A stretch of 63,862 nucleotides of DNA, filler included, from Thelocarpon superellum (GCA_026025795.1; 5 parts of 5 records of this genome joined end to end with filler, not necessarily neighbours in it), one strand, 5' to 3'. Positions 1 through 13,015 are shown, counted from the first letter of the whole stretch. The notes: generated by a model not told the origin, from the sequence alone. Numbers and translations: made by a program.

Positions 1-3000
1 AAGTGCTGCGTGCACGTCCAGGTGCCTTTTCTCGCCTACCGCTCCCCCTCCGCTCCCCCTCCTGAATCGGAAACGAAAGAAGCGCATTACCGACGCATTC
101 GTTTCATTCGGCGCAAGCCTTCCCGCCCTCTGGGCCTGGGGCTCCTCCCGTTATACCGAGACATTTGTTTCCGCATCGTGGGACCATGCACGTACGGTAC
201 GAGTCATGACACCTTTATCCGGTTCTTTGTACACATAGCACAAGCACTTCTGTCCGTCCGGGCGCCGTACCGTAGGTGTAGAGGAAGGTTGCCTCTGAAG
301 TCGAGCCAGCCAAATTGATTCCTCACGCGCTGGAATGCGAGCCCTCCACACGCCACTGGCGCCTACACCAGATCACCCTCCACAGACTAATTCCCCGCCG
401 GCAACGTGATGGACGGCGGGGTGCCTTTATCATTGGCTGCTGCCGCACCATCCACCGCCCCCACGTCCGAGGTGTGCGTCACTCGTGTCAATGTGTCGAA
501 GTAACGTGCCTGGTGGCGGCCGCCCAACGAGGGGGTCCCCAGCAGTGATATGGCGGACGCATGGTACTCCGCGAGTCAAGCTTCTCGTGACTTTGCACCC
601 TCCGCGACGTCCTGCCAAGAACGCGCACCACCTCACTGAGGCGTTGCTCTCATCCCTTAAGGTCGATGGGCGGGGGCATATGATCGAGGGGGATCGTCGC
701 GTTGGCGTCAAGCGACGGACCGTGGCGGCATGACGTCGGAGATCCTGGTCGGGCGCGCGTCCGTGGTCGCGACACGGAACGGTGTCACACCCCAAGCCGC
801 CACCCTCAATGCGCGACTCGCCGACATTGCCGGGTTCCACGCCTTCCAAGGCATTAGACCTTTGCGACTATTCCCATGGCCATGAATGTCATCTGTATGA
901 AGTCGCACCTCTGGAAGCTTCTGAGGCCCGCTTCCCCGTCTTAATGGGCACTCGTCGCTTTCGACGCGATGCGCCATTTCTGCCGGGAGTGCTCCGTATA
1001 TCTCACTGGAATCATCCCCTACCTCCTTTCCTCATGGGACGAATTCCATGAGTTCCATTCTTGGAGGTCGCCGTCTCGTTTGGTGATGCCCATCCTCTCA
1101 TCGCTTCTCCTACTGTTCCAGACGATCGTCAATCCTGCGGAGGAATCCAGTGGGGCCTCCTCAACTAGCACAGCCTTCAATCCTCAGGCTTTGGCATTGA
1201 CCTCACCCCGGTCTTTCACATTCTCGTCATCCTCACGTTCTCCGTCGACTCCAGGTCATTTGCTCCCAGCCCTCATCTCACCTGTCGCGTTGTAACCACC
1301 CGGCCATGCGGTTGCAAGCGTTTTAATAACCGAGTCCAATCCGCCCACGAGACGAACGCTGTCCGAGTAAGCACGTTGCGGGGTCTCCTTCTACGTATCT
1401 GCATTCCATTGAGTCCATGACCGATGCTTCCGATGGGAGATACTCTTCCGTAATTCATCAGCCACGCTCCCGTTTAGGGTATCCACTCGTGTCGAGAGAA
1501 TCAACAGCATACGCCCAGTGATGGTCCTGACGTGACAGAGGCTACTACGCCCGCTAGGAACAACTCTACTGATGTGATCGCCTCCAGGTCGTGAATTACG
1601 TCCAGCCTGCCTCACATACCAGTCTGGCATCAAGCCGTCTTTTGACGCATGTGTCGAGCCACCTGACCGGGAGCGGCGATGACGCCAACGGTGTTGACGG
1701 CAACAGGTCAACGCTGCCGGCGGCACGGATCTATGAACATCCGTTGTCTCATCTACTGCCAACATCCCCAGGAGGATGCCCGAGACTGATCCAATGACCA
1801 TCCCATCCTCGCCTGCGTAGAGATGGCTTCGCCGCTGAGGCGGGAGTTGACGTAGACCCACGCCGTGGGACGAAGGGAACTCTTACTGGGCGAATCAAAT
1901 CTATAATGATCGTCGCTGCAGCGGCCGACAGATTTCGGCCGTCCACGCCTAGCGCTTCACGAATGGCCACTGTGTTTCCGTGTCATGTCACGCTGGGTGT
2001 AGGAGGGCGGCGGGAGGAGCGCCATTCCCGCGGCAGCGTCGGCGCCATCGCGGTCTAACGATGAAGCCTCGGGAGACGCCTCAAACGGGAGGTCGGTTGT
2101 GTCACGCCGTGAGGTAGGAGGTATCTGTTATCCCTTTATGAAGGTCCAGGTCTCGTTGCATGTGAGGCCGCCCACGGCTACGTTGGCGATATCGCGTCTT
2201 CATGTGAGAGGTCCACGACGCCTTCCTGGACACCACATCCACCAATGACACCCCAACCCACACCCAGCAGGTCCCGCCACCAGAATGAACATTGTTAATC
2301 TTGGAGTGATCGGCCCGACCACGATCCTTCGCGTAACCTCACCCTCGTCCATTTCGTGGGCTCGGCCCCCTGAAGGGCGCAGCAACCGGCCCTCCCATCT
2401 CGTTTAGTGCCCGCACGTGGCCAAGAGTGGCTCGCGGCTCCTCGTCTTCCCATTCTCCCCAGCATCCTTCCCCTTCCCCTCGACCCAAACCCCAGGACGT
2501 GGACCACGCCGTCCAGGCTCACCTGCTCCGTTGGTAGAGCTGGTCCGGCGGTATCAAGCCATCGTTTTGATGTCCTGCCTCCCATCATTGGCGCCAGGTG
2601 CACGCACCAACATGTGCAATATGCCCTCTGGCTGTCCTTAGTCGAGGCTCGACGGTCCAGGGAGGTGTCTGTGCGGATCCGGTCCGAGACGTCAGGCACA
2701 TGGCTCTCCATCCTTCCTCGAGCCCTGGACGAGTGAATGGGTGCCTGGATGGCCCGATGGATGGATGTGCGTGGCCGGTTGGGCTGATATCGACCGTGCT
2801 CCGCCGACCCAACGCCGATCTCGCGGCTTTCCGGGCCTCCGGCTCGAGAGCTCCCCTGCCCCAAGCTTCCTGGACCACACGCTCGGACATGTGGATCGTC
2901 CCCCACGGCCGCGCTGTCGTGTCTTTCACTCTGTTTTTGGCTTCGAACGTGGCGTAGTTCCCTTGACGCCCCGAGCGAGATCATGAGGCTACGGCCGATG

Positions 3001-3094
3001 GTGTCCTCGATGTCTATATCTGATCGTCGTCCCTCCGGGCCTCCGGGGTGGGCTCTGTCGCAATGCCAGGCCCTTGCTCCACCTCCGCTCCGCC

Positions 3095-5385
3095 ATGCTG
3101 CTCACGCGTGGAGCATGGCTGTGGCCATCGTTGGCCGGCCTCGCGGCGCTCTCCGTAACCCATGCCGCTGTTGCCCGCCCTTCGCCCACGCACCGAATCT
3201 TGGCGCCGCGCGCCGCAACGTTGCGGGGCTGTACAGTCGATGAGGTATTCGAGGCGATCTCGAACCACTCCCTAGAAGCAGTGCCATACTGTGATAGATA
3301 TTTCGAGGGATCCGCCGGAGCCCCGCCATCCTATCTGTCCAACTTCGCTCCGCCGAGTATCTGGAGCGCGTGTCTCTGCTTTGAAGAGCAGACGAGCAGC
3401 TCCACCTCCAGCTCTAGCTCTAGCTCAAGCGTGGATGCTTGCCACGGGACCGCTCCGCCATCGACGAAGCCATCGACTACGCCAACGACGTCGAACAGCT
3501 CCGCGACCACGTCCCACGCACAACCGCCAGTCATAACATTGGAGCCTCCCACGCCCACCCCGACACCGATCTCAAGCACAACCTCTAGCATTTTCCCCAA
3601 CTCTTCCTCCAGCTTCAGCTCTGGAGCGAGTACTTTGACTTCAGGATCCACTCCACCCACGTCGCTCATTTCTCTTACCTCTTCAGCCTCATCTTACTCT
3701 TCCTCCTTGTCTTTCAACTCGTCCGCCTCGTCAAGCCGGTCCTTGACTTCCACTTCACCTACCCCCGGCAACTCCAGCAGAATTGCGACGAGCACTTCAG
3801 CAACCGGGAGCACCTCTTCGTCAACATCCACTCATTCGATCAACACCGTCCCGCGGGGGAATGCGTCAGTCATCAGTCGATCTTTATCGGCGACATACCA
3901 CACGCCGTCCAGCACCATCATCTCCTCCACCTCTTCCACATCTTCCTCCCTGAGCGCCACACCCACCGGCCCATTGCTCACGACAAATGGCATCGATTGT
4001 CGGAGACCTCAGACGGGCCTGGACCCCCAATGCTGGGCCCTTCTCAACCTAACCGAGTACATTGATCACTGGATGCAAGTCAATGGCTCGGTCCAGTGCG
4101 TGGGGGACATCGCCTTTTCCACGTGCTTCCAGCGAGCCATGAACATCGTCAGCGAGGATTGTACCGGGATCAAGGAGACGGCGTGTCTTCCGCCACAGAA
4201 CATCTACACGCCGGAAGAATTCTACGTCCTGTACAATATTTACTGTGAGTCCTCTCTGCATGTTGGGTTGGAAAGCCGATGTTGACTCAGGATGGCGCCG
4301 TAGCGATCAACCAGTTTTTTAATTCGTGGTGGACGGCGCTGAATGCGGCCAACGGCCTTGCGGCGGACACGATCACGGCCATTGTCAATATGATCTCGCC
4401 GCCCCAGAAGACGAACGTGGAGCTCTTCGAGATCTTGACCGCGCTGGCCTCAAGTCTTGCCTTCCTCGACGTCCCGGCTGGATTGGCCTTGGCCGGGATC
4501 GCTGTCGGCACGGCCACGAAATTCGCTCTCGAAGTGGCTCAGACGGCGGCGCAGCAGACGCCGAACATCCTTAAGGCTCTCTATCCCCAAGGGACGCTCG
4601 CCCCGGCGACGTATCAGATCGGAACGATCGGAGCGGAGATGGCGTCGATTGTGATGCAATTCCAGACGAGTGTCTCAAACACGGTGAACCTGATCGAGTC
4701 CAACAGCACGGCCTTCTCCATCTGGGCCGGGACGGGCGCCTTCACGGGGCCCGTCCCGTCGCTGGACGCGGAGAAGAATCAACTCTACCAGACGCTCAAC
4801 ACCTTTGTCATCACGCGGGCCTACGACTCCAACGACGTCATTGCCACGGTCGCTATGGACACGGACGTCCAACAGCTGTGGGCCAACTCCAGCAACTCCT
4901 TGTCCTACGACATCAACTGTCCCTACTACGATCAGTACGGGGTGTGCAACGCATGGTGGCACGACAACAGCACCAACCGGGCGTACGCGCTCGACAGCCT
5001 CAGACACATGAGCAAGAATTTCAACAGCGACATGGAGACGATCTTCAGCAACAACTGGACGACGGGCGCACTGTTGTTCGCGGGCGCCGACCAATGCAAG
5101 GGCACGCCCAACTACCAGCAGTCGCCCGGCATCTCCGACTTTTCCCCGACCCAGGGTCTCACCACGGCTTGCATGTCCACGCTCACCATGTGCACCTGGC
5201 AAATGGGCTGCAACCTCGCGGCCTTTTGCGAGTTCAGCGACTGTCCGACGCAGGACGGCTTCGAGATGAATGGCTGTGGCGACGGCGATTCGTCCATCTA
5301 TTCCGTCAACGTGCCGTATGGCTACATTGGCGATTTCTTGACCAATGCTAATCCTCTCTCGGAGGTGTGCAATACGGGGCCGTAG
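3095..5385 (+). CDS. Uncharacterised secreted protein: signal peptide, small Cys domain, long Ser/Thr-rich linker, Cys-rich C-terminal domain
   Basis: The ATG at 3095 gives MLLTRGAWLWPSLAGLAALSVTHAAVA, which resembles a signal peptide. ORFs 3074-4285 and 4279-5385 join through intron 4245-4303 (GTGAGT...TTGAC...TAG) to read YNIYSINQFF. Stop is at 5383-5385. Confidence 0.8.
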
Positions 5386-5752
5386 GGGAGCCACATCATG
5401 TGTCATCTCAAGCACGGACATTGGATCGTTCTTGTATATGTTTATCCATTTCCGGGGTTCTTTGTATATACTGATCTGTTGGTGTGGGAAGGTCTTTGTA
5501 CATGTTCCTTGCTGCTTGGTCTCCTTGTGCATGCCCACTTGCTCGCTTGCTGTACATATATCTGACTGTAGATATGTAGCTCGAGTGGCTGGGAGGCGTG
5601 CGTATACGAAGTCACGACTGCTGAATGACACGAACCAAATCTCCAATCGCTCTACTCGACCGCTTTCTAAAGCATGGGGAACGGACGCCCAGGATACGAG
5701 AGATGTAGGCAGAGAAAGGACAGGGCTTCACTGAGGATGAAGCAGAGTAAGG

Positions 5753-5760
<8 letters not shown>

Positions 5761-5794
<34 letters not shown>
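5761..5794. repeat. (GA)17 microsatellite
   Basis: Perfect GA run immediately downstream of the FSF1 stop. Confidence 0.95.
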
Positions 5795-5796
<2 letters not shown>

Positions 5797-5799
5797 CAA

Positions 5800-7307
5800 T
5801 CAAATTCCACGATTGAATACCACGAGCCCATCTCCTCTCCCTCCTCGGTCCCAGAACTCCTCCTCTAACGTGCGCGCCTGCACGGCTTGTTTCTGCGGGA
5901 AAGCGGCGAGAGCGAGCGGCAACGCGAAGATGGACGTGCTGAATATGAGACCTGTGTTTGTATTCCTGTTAGTGGTAGCCTTGTCGCTAGTTGGAAAAAG
6001 GCGGGTGAGGCGGAAGAAGGTAAAATGGACGGAGATAGGAAGAACAGGAAAACGGGGAGACGTACCCAGGTTCACCAGGAGCGTCAGTCGCGGTCGCGTC
6101 TTGAGCCAGTCCATCTGCTGTAGTCGCACGAGGATCAGCGGCGGCAGAACCATGACTGGCGTCGCGTTCAGGACGCGACTCAGCGCCGTTTCGCCCACGG
6201 CTAGCATCGCTGCTTTGCGGCTCTTGCCTAGGCTCTTGGCCGCGGCTTTCTCGCCGTCCCCGCTCGCTCCCTTCTCTTTCCCTTCTGTCCTTGCATCCTT
6301 TGTCGCTCCTTCGTCCACGACCGCGTACACGTCAATTCCCTGCCTGATTTCCTCGCCGCGCATGAGAAAGACGTTCAGCGCCCCCGCGGACGCCACGGCC
6401 GCAAAGGGAATCAGGCGTGTCAGCACGGTCCGCGCACCCGGCGACACGCGCTTCAAGCGCGGCACGATGGCGTTGAGTCCCAGTGCGACGGAACATGAGG
6501 CGGATACGGCGAGTAGGTAGGATCGCACCATTGTCGAGGTCGATAGCGGCGCCGATTTGTTCCCGTTGGCGTTGTTGATCGCTACGTTGAGTGACTGGTT
6601 CGTGATTTGCCAGAGCAGTGTGCCCGTCGTCTGTCATGTCGGTCAGTCTATGGGAAGAGACAGTAAATTCAACGAGCTGCGGTGACCATACCTGCAACCC
6701 TGGCGTGAGCATCCCCGCCGTCACGACCAGATTCGACAACACGAAACATGACATACGAAAAGGGAGGAAGACTGGCTCGCCGGTCTCTGTGGGTGAATGG
6801 TGAGTATGATTTCTCTCCCGTCGATGCGGCCACGGTTACCTGGATGTAAGGTGGAGTCCACAATCTTCTTGGCCTGCCATAGATCGGGCGTCATGGCTGA
6901 GCCTTGACCCTGCTTGTACAGCGAGAGGGACGTCTTTGCCTGCTCCAACCCTGCTCCGGACACGAAGAGTGTTCTGTGCGGAATCATCAGCCATTCTGCG
7001 GTGTCCATGGAGTCATCGCCAAGGTATCACGCAACCGCAAAATGCAATATCCAACCTCATGCGTCTAGTAGATGTGTACGTACCACGCCGTAAATGGAGT
7101 GGAGGAGGAAGGGTGAAAAGCCCATGGTCTTATGTAGATTCGCAAGCGTATCGCATCCATCTCTCGCCGCCACTGGACCTCCTTTCTATTTGTCTGTTCT
7201 CACCTAGGATCTGAAAGGTCCGCCGAATGTCGGACACGTCCCCAATATGTATCGAGATCATATCGAGAGGCCGGAAGGTCACGCTTCCCTGGCAAAGACG
7301 CCGACAT
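5800..7307 (-). CDS. FSF1: Sideroflexin (mitochondrial tricarboxylate/serine carrier family)
   Basis: Exons 7307-7204, 6973-6840, 6786-6692, 6630-6066 and 5951-5800. Motifs YDLDTYWGRVRH, IVDSTLHPETGEPVFLPFRMS, WQITNQSLNVAINNAN, LALAAFPQ and FNRGI. Confidence 0.93.
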
Positions 7308-7563
7308 GTTGACCCGATGAATCTCACCCTGCTCAAGTTTGCAGACTAAAGGGGATTCGTAGAGAGGGCAGTGCCACACCGCTCTGGCACCCTTTGTTTA
7401 TGATCTTCCCCGAACGTTGTTTGTCAGTCGTCCGAGCATTAGGGAGCACCGGTGCCGGCTATCGATGTGGTGTATCAGTAGACTCAGTAGCGCGGCCGAA
7501 GTCGCACCCTCTTTCGAGCTTATTCTAGCTATATTTCATAATTAAAGCGTTTCTCTAGCCAAA

Positions 7564-7685
7564 GGTCGGGTGGCGAAATGGTATCGCGTTGGTTTTCGGT
7601 TCACATCTTTGGAGGCAGGAAACTGGCTCATCAATGATTGGCAACAATCCACCAAAGATTGCGGGTTCAAGTCCCGTCTCGATCG
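7564..7685 (+). tRNA. tRNA-Arg(TCG) with ~50-nt intron (7600-7649)
   Basis: Acceptor stem GGTCGGG/CTCGATC, D stem GCGA/TCGC, anticodon stem TTGGT/ACCAA with loop TT-TCG-G, intron at the canonical 37/38 position, T arm GCGGG-TTCAAGT-CCCGT. Confidence 0.9.
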
Positions 7686-7686
7686 A

Positions 7687-7693
7687 TTTTTTT
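7687..7693 (+). terminator. RNA polymerase III terminator (T7)
   Basis: Run of T directly after the tRNA discriminator base. Confidence 0.8.
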
Positions 7694-8050
7694 GGTCGTC
7701 TCTAAACGGAAATTGGTGAATTCGGATTGGATTCTCTTTTTGCTGGAATGAAATGCGTTGTCGTGGTGGAAATGGAGCGATGTAGGACTGGGTGGGACTC
7801 CTGTCGCACGAGTACACTGCTGGCAAGTTGTCGAAAGGTCGTCTGGATCAAACCATATTCAAGGAGCTGAGAAGAGAGTGTGACTAATATTGTTGGTCTA
7901 GATTTCGAGGCGATGAAACTGAGCAGAGTCTGCGTTTTGGGGCGCTGGCCTGAATACTTGCCATGTGCAATGACTGTGAATAAAATAATAGATGATTATT
8001 CCGAACATGGAAACATGGATTGAGCACCCTCCATTGCATACGAGGACGAC

Positions 8051-9930
8051 CTAGGTTCGACGGCTGCGCGGATCCGTGGCCTCCTGCCGTCGCCAATCGC
8101 GACCCTCTCGTGTCCCCATCGAGCCCAGGCCGCCCTCGCTCCGTCGTTCCCAGCCGCCCAGGCGCACGACGAGGCAGGTGGCGTTGTCGCCTTCCTTGCT
8201 GACCTCCGTGGCAAAGGCCACCACATCTGTGGCGCCCTGGTCGGGCGTCTTGGCTTCCTTGACAATGTCCACCACCTCCTGGTCGTGCAAGGTGCCGCTG
8301 ATGCCATCGGAGAGGAGGACCAGGAACGAATACTCGGCCGGCTTGAGTTCGACGCGGGTGATTTCGGGCTCCGCCGACACCCCAATGCGCTTCGACTGCA
8401 TGTCGCCGAAGGAACGCGTGTTGGCCAGCCCCGTCATGCGCTCTTCACCGAACGAGTCCGTGACAAAGGTGGCCGCGTACCGTCGCAGGCGCCCGCTCTC
8501 CGTCGGCGATGACGGATGGTGGTCCGTCGTCAATGGCACGGCCCGTCCGTCGGCGGTGGCGCACAGCAGGATGCGCGTGTCCCCGACGTGCGAGACCAGG
8601 AGACTTGACGGCGAGGCCGGGTGCCAGAACGGCGTGGGCGTCGGGGTGGACACCATGGCCACGCTGCACGTGCTGCCCCCCTTGAATCGTCGAGGGGCCG
8701 CGGGTGGGATGCTAGCCTCGCCCAGGACATCGCCCCTGTTGAGCGCTTGGTCGGATTGAACGAGATCGTCGTTGGCTCGCTGCACTTGCGCCGTGATGAA
8801 GTCCAGGTCGGCCCGGAGAAAGGCGTAGGTCATGACGGCCTCGAGACTGGTCTGCCGCCGACCAAAGTGGGTGGGGCTGAAGCGCTGAAAGTACCCGCCG
8901 ACCATGTCGCGCCATTGGCGGACCAGCGATCCCTCCAGCGCGTCGTAGGCCGTCTGTCGCGCCTCGTCCGAGGCGGCATCCGGCCTGGAGGTAGCCGGGC
9001 GGTCATCTGACGGCGTCGCTCGAGCTGTCGTCAGGGTCGACGAGAGTCCAAACTGCTTCGCGGCGTCTTCGATGTAGCCGTGCAAGTGCTCCCGTAACCA
9101 ATGGCTGCACTCGGCGCCGCCGTGTCCGTCGAAGACGCCAAAGTAAAAGACCTGGGGATCACCACTGGCGCTGTCCGCCGAGGTGCCCTCCCCATCGCCC
9201 GTGCCACCGGGCGAGCGCGTCAGCGAGACCGGCGCCTTTGCGGCAAACGCTGGCAGCTCGATCACGCCCGCCTGGTAGGTGTCTTCATTGTAGGGTCGGG
9301 TCCCTCGTGAGGCCGAGACGCCAAAGTGGTGCTTGGCACTGCGTAACGGGATCCGCACCACCGTCAGGTCCCGAGAGGAGCCGAGCATGGGAGGAGCCGC
9401 GGCTGGCGAGGGGCCCGACCCGGGGGTGTGGGGGGTCGACGCCGATCGTGGAAGCCGGTGGTGCGGACCCGCGGCCGACCGGGAGTCGGGATGAAGGGAG
9501 GAGGAGGGCAGATGGGTGACGAAATATTCATGAAACCCTCGCGTGGGGACATGGTGATTGCTCGTCGGGGAGCTGGACGGCGGTCCGAAGGCGGCGTATG
9601 GTCCCTGCCCGCGGGAGAAGGACGAGAGATGTCCGGATCCGAACGCTCGTGCCGTGACACCCTCGCGGGCACCGCGGCACCCGCCGGACCGGAAGTCGGT
9701 GCGAGCGCTGGTGCAGAAACGTGCGATGAAGCCTGTCCTGCCAGCGTCAGCAGATGATTCGAGCCGGCGGTGTATGATGGCGCCTAGCCATGGGGGAACC
9801 GACGGTAGCTGTCGGTCAGACGCCAGCGTTGTGTGGACGCGGCCACGCCTCGTGGCCCAATGCCGGCGAAGGAACGCGGGCCATGTCGATGGAAACGGAG
9901 CTGTGTCCGGGAAGGGGCACCACACGGCAT
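8051..9930 (-). CDS. PTC6: Mitochondrial PP2C-family protein phosphatase (Ptc6-like)
   Basis: Motifs SRGTRPYNED, FYFGVFDGHGG, GGSTCSVA, SHVGDTR, LANTRSFGD, LLSDGIS and GDNATC. Probable first exon 9930-9804 (MPCGAPSRTQLRFHRHG..., Arg-rich presequence-like), then intron 9803-9733. The 5' structure is less certain than the rest. Confidence 0.88.
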
Positions 9931-10672
9931 CTCATCGCGAATCCGGGCTCTCCTACAAGGCGGCGTCTGAAGGTGATTCTTCGGTGAGAGCGGAACGGCC
10001 GAAGGTTGTTAGACGGCGATCATCCGAGGAGTCCGCCCCACCAAGATCGTCGTCATCCCTTGTACATCCCTGACCCAACCCCTACATTGTCATCACCATC
10101 CCTCGTGAGTACATAAAGTCCCCCCATCAACATCATCGCCGTCCCCCGTACATTCGTGACGGTCTCCGCACCCCATCATCGCCATACACGTAGACTCCCG
10201 ACGCACCCCCCATCGCTACGGCCGCCATATGACGGCAATCTACACGATCCATGGATATGCCTCGTAGATGACACGGCGAACTCCGCCAAGGAGCGACACG
10301 TTTGGAGTAAATGCAATGCGGATATTCGCAGATGACCACTATGCTACACGGAGGACAAGGAGAAAGAGGAATGGAGACAAAGATAGGAAAAATGGACGCG
10401 CCACAGGGGGCCATCATGGAATGACGGCCGGGAGGAGAGATAAACAGGGGCACAAACGTCCAGGATGCTCGCAGACAGGCAGGGAGGCGGGCAGGTAGCC
10501 ACAGGACGGGCAGGCACGCCGGAAGACGGGCGAGATGGCGATGAGCAGGCAAACGCGCCGGGGGCAGGGGGACGTGCGGGGAGCCGGGCACACGCAATGT
10601 GCATGGCCATAGATGCACGTCGGCGGGTCGGACGCACCGGCCAGGCCGGGATGTTGCAGAGGCACCCCACGC

Positions 10673-12915
10673 CTAGGCCAGCAGTAACACATGTGCCGAC
10701 GACAACGTAGACATGAGGAGGGCCCCATTCGCCACATCCCGCATCACGATGGACGGGGTGATGGCCAGACTGACGCGGAAATTGCGGCGTTCAAGGTCCC
10801 GGGTGGGACCCCCAATCACATGATCGCGATTGACCATCGAATGGGCGGTGAATTTGGCCCCCGCGCGCGGGAATTCCACCACCCACTGCACCGGCATGGA
10901 CGACATGAGCGAGGTCAGCCGCATGGCCTCGCGGGCCAAGGCCTCCAGCGCCTGCTTGGCCTCGTTGACCGACTCATTCACCGTGGCCAGGGGGCCCACC
11001 ACGCTGAACAGATGCTCCACGGCTTCGGCGGTCTTGTGGGCCCAGAACGCCTCATACCCGGGCTGCTGTTTGAGGTGCTTCTCGATCGCACACAGCTCCA
11101 TCATCACGTGGTGTCGGGCGTGATGCGCCATCTCTGTCATTCGCACGCGGGGGGTCAGTCGAGCGATCATCACGTGATAAGCGTGGGGGTGGCTCCACTC
11201 ACGCGGGAAGAGCTGGGAGCGGCACTGCTCTACACGGCGGTCGACCGCCGGCTGGAATCCCTTCAGGATGCTCAGGTCCTGGATGGGCACCATGAGCATC
11301 TGCAGGATCACCCGCGTCACCAGGCACCAGCGCGTCTCCACGCGCGACAGAAACGTGTCGGCCACCGAGGCTTCGACCGCCTCAGTGAGCTGCTGTCGCA
11401 CGCCGCCCGGAAGGTCTATATCGCGGTGGTGGTTCGGCAGGTTGGCGAACTGACACGCCCACGTCTCGACCTGGTCAAAGAGCGCGGGCAGGGCCCCGGT
11501 CAGGTAGCGGCCATCGACGGGCCCTCTCGCCCGCGCGAAGGTGGAGGGCGGAGGGCCGAAGGGAGGCGTGCCGAAGGGCGGGCCGGAAGCTGAGGGCATG
11601 CTGGGGCCCTGGTGGAAGGTGGGTGGGGCGAGATGGCTGGGGTGAGCGCGCGGGGCCATCGTCCCCGGGGCGTGGGGCGGCAGGCCCCCCCGAGTCGCCG
11701 TCGCTCCTGCCTGCTGCTCCCGCAGCGACTGGGTGAGCTCCAACAGGTTGCGGTTGGCCTCCTCGAGCGCGTGCATCTTCCGCGAGAGATCTTGCAGCTG
11801 GCTCTGGTTCGCCGACAGAGCGGCCCGGAGTCCCTCGCGTTCTGCCCGGTAGTGGTCGGCCCGGCGCTGTTCTTCCGCCACCTCGGAGCGGAGCTTTCGG
11901 ATCGTCTGATGGGCAGCCTGGTCATCCCGTAGCATCACCTATATATATCTCGTAAGTTAGCCACGAGCCCCACGGAGCAAGAGGGAAGATACTGACGCTG
12001 TTCTCGAGGTCCGCGCGCGGGCTGCTCCAGGAGCCGCGCCCCGACGTGATCGTCGACTCACCCCGGGCGTGTCGGAGAAGGGCGGCAGACGGGGAGATGG
12101 CCGACGCAGGATCGTCGAGGTCTGGGAGCGGCGGGATGGTGAACTGCAGATCGAGGTCCCCAGTGGGGCGGTTGGCCGCGCGGCCCGGAGAAACGTCGCG
12201 CTGCCCGGGTCGAAGGCCCTCACGATAGCCTCCCGCACGAGTCGAGGACGGACGGGTGGCCCCAGGTGGCACGGAGGGCGCGCTGCCTCGGTGGGGAGCA
12301 GCCGGAATGGCGGACGCCAGCAAGGAATGGTCGTTGGCCGTCAAACGGGACGCGGGGGACCGATTGCGTCGGCGCATGGCGGATTGAGTGAGGCCAAATC
12401 GGTCGGCCGTGGATGCGTCCTCAGACCCTGGCGATTCACGCGCGAGGTAAGCAGAAGAACAATTGGAGAGGGCGGCGACAACACGCCCACGGGTCAGAGG
12501 CACGCGGGGATGGAATTGCGGGATAAGCCAACCTTGACGCTATCCGGCTGTTAGCAACATGTTCGAAAAGAGCGGCGAGAAGACCACCAACCTGACGAAG
12601 GACGGGACGGGGCCCGCGACCGTGGCCACGAGCTGAGACGGCAGGTGTGTCAGCCATCAGCGTCGGCGTACGCGGAGGACCGGAAGGGCGACGGGTTGGG
12701 GTCGCGCCGACCGAGAACCCGGGAGCCAGAAAGGCCGGAGAGAAGACATCGTCGTCGCGGTTGGAGGAGGCAACGCCCACGGGCGTGCGATACCCGGTCT
12801 CACCTGGGAGGGGATCACTCTCTCTCACCAGCCTACCCAGGTCACCGCTCTCGTTGGTTCCCGTGCGCTGGTGGCTGCTGGGCACAGGGGTGGCGGCATG
12901 GCGGCGGGCGGCAGC
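10673..12915 (-). CDS. Hypothetical protein, 5'-truncated by the contig end: low-complexity N-terminus, coiled coil, Pro-rich linker, helical C-terminal domain
   Basis: ORFs 12436-12885, 11922-12503 and 10673-11938 can be joined by GT-AG introns (near 12540-12592, 11939-11995 and about 11135-11203). Coiled coil IRKLRSEVAEEQRR...LEEANRNLLEL. The frame stays open to the linker. Confidence 0.7.
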
Positions 12916-13015
12916 NNNNNNNNNNNNNNNNNNNNNNNNNNNNNNNNNNNNNNNNNNNNTTAATTAATTAANNNNNNNNNNNNNNNNNNNNNNNNNNNNN
13001 NNNNNNNNNNNNNNN
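12916..13015. other. Artificial contig linker
   Basis: N44-TTAATTAATTAA-N44, which has stops in all six frames. Confidence 0.98.

Noticed and set aside
1..3000. Many short ORFs in the first 3 kb
   Set aside because: No recognisable motifs, codon bias or consistent splice model. A degenerate gene cannot be excluded, but I cannot support one.
5952..6065. Apparent protein insertions in the FSF1 and MEU1 (41725-41775) ORFs
   Set aside because: They are stop-free introns of 3n length with canonical donor, branch and acceptor signals, not inteins or novel domains.
9733..9930. Apparent non-AUG (GTG) start of PTC6
   Set aside because: An ATG at 9930 plus a 71-nt GT-AG intron explains the 5' end conventionally.
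12960..12971. Recurring TTAATTAATTAA palindrome
   Set aside because: It is a synthetic six-frame stop inside the N linkers, not biological sequence.
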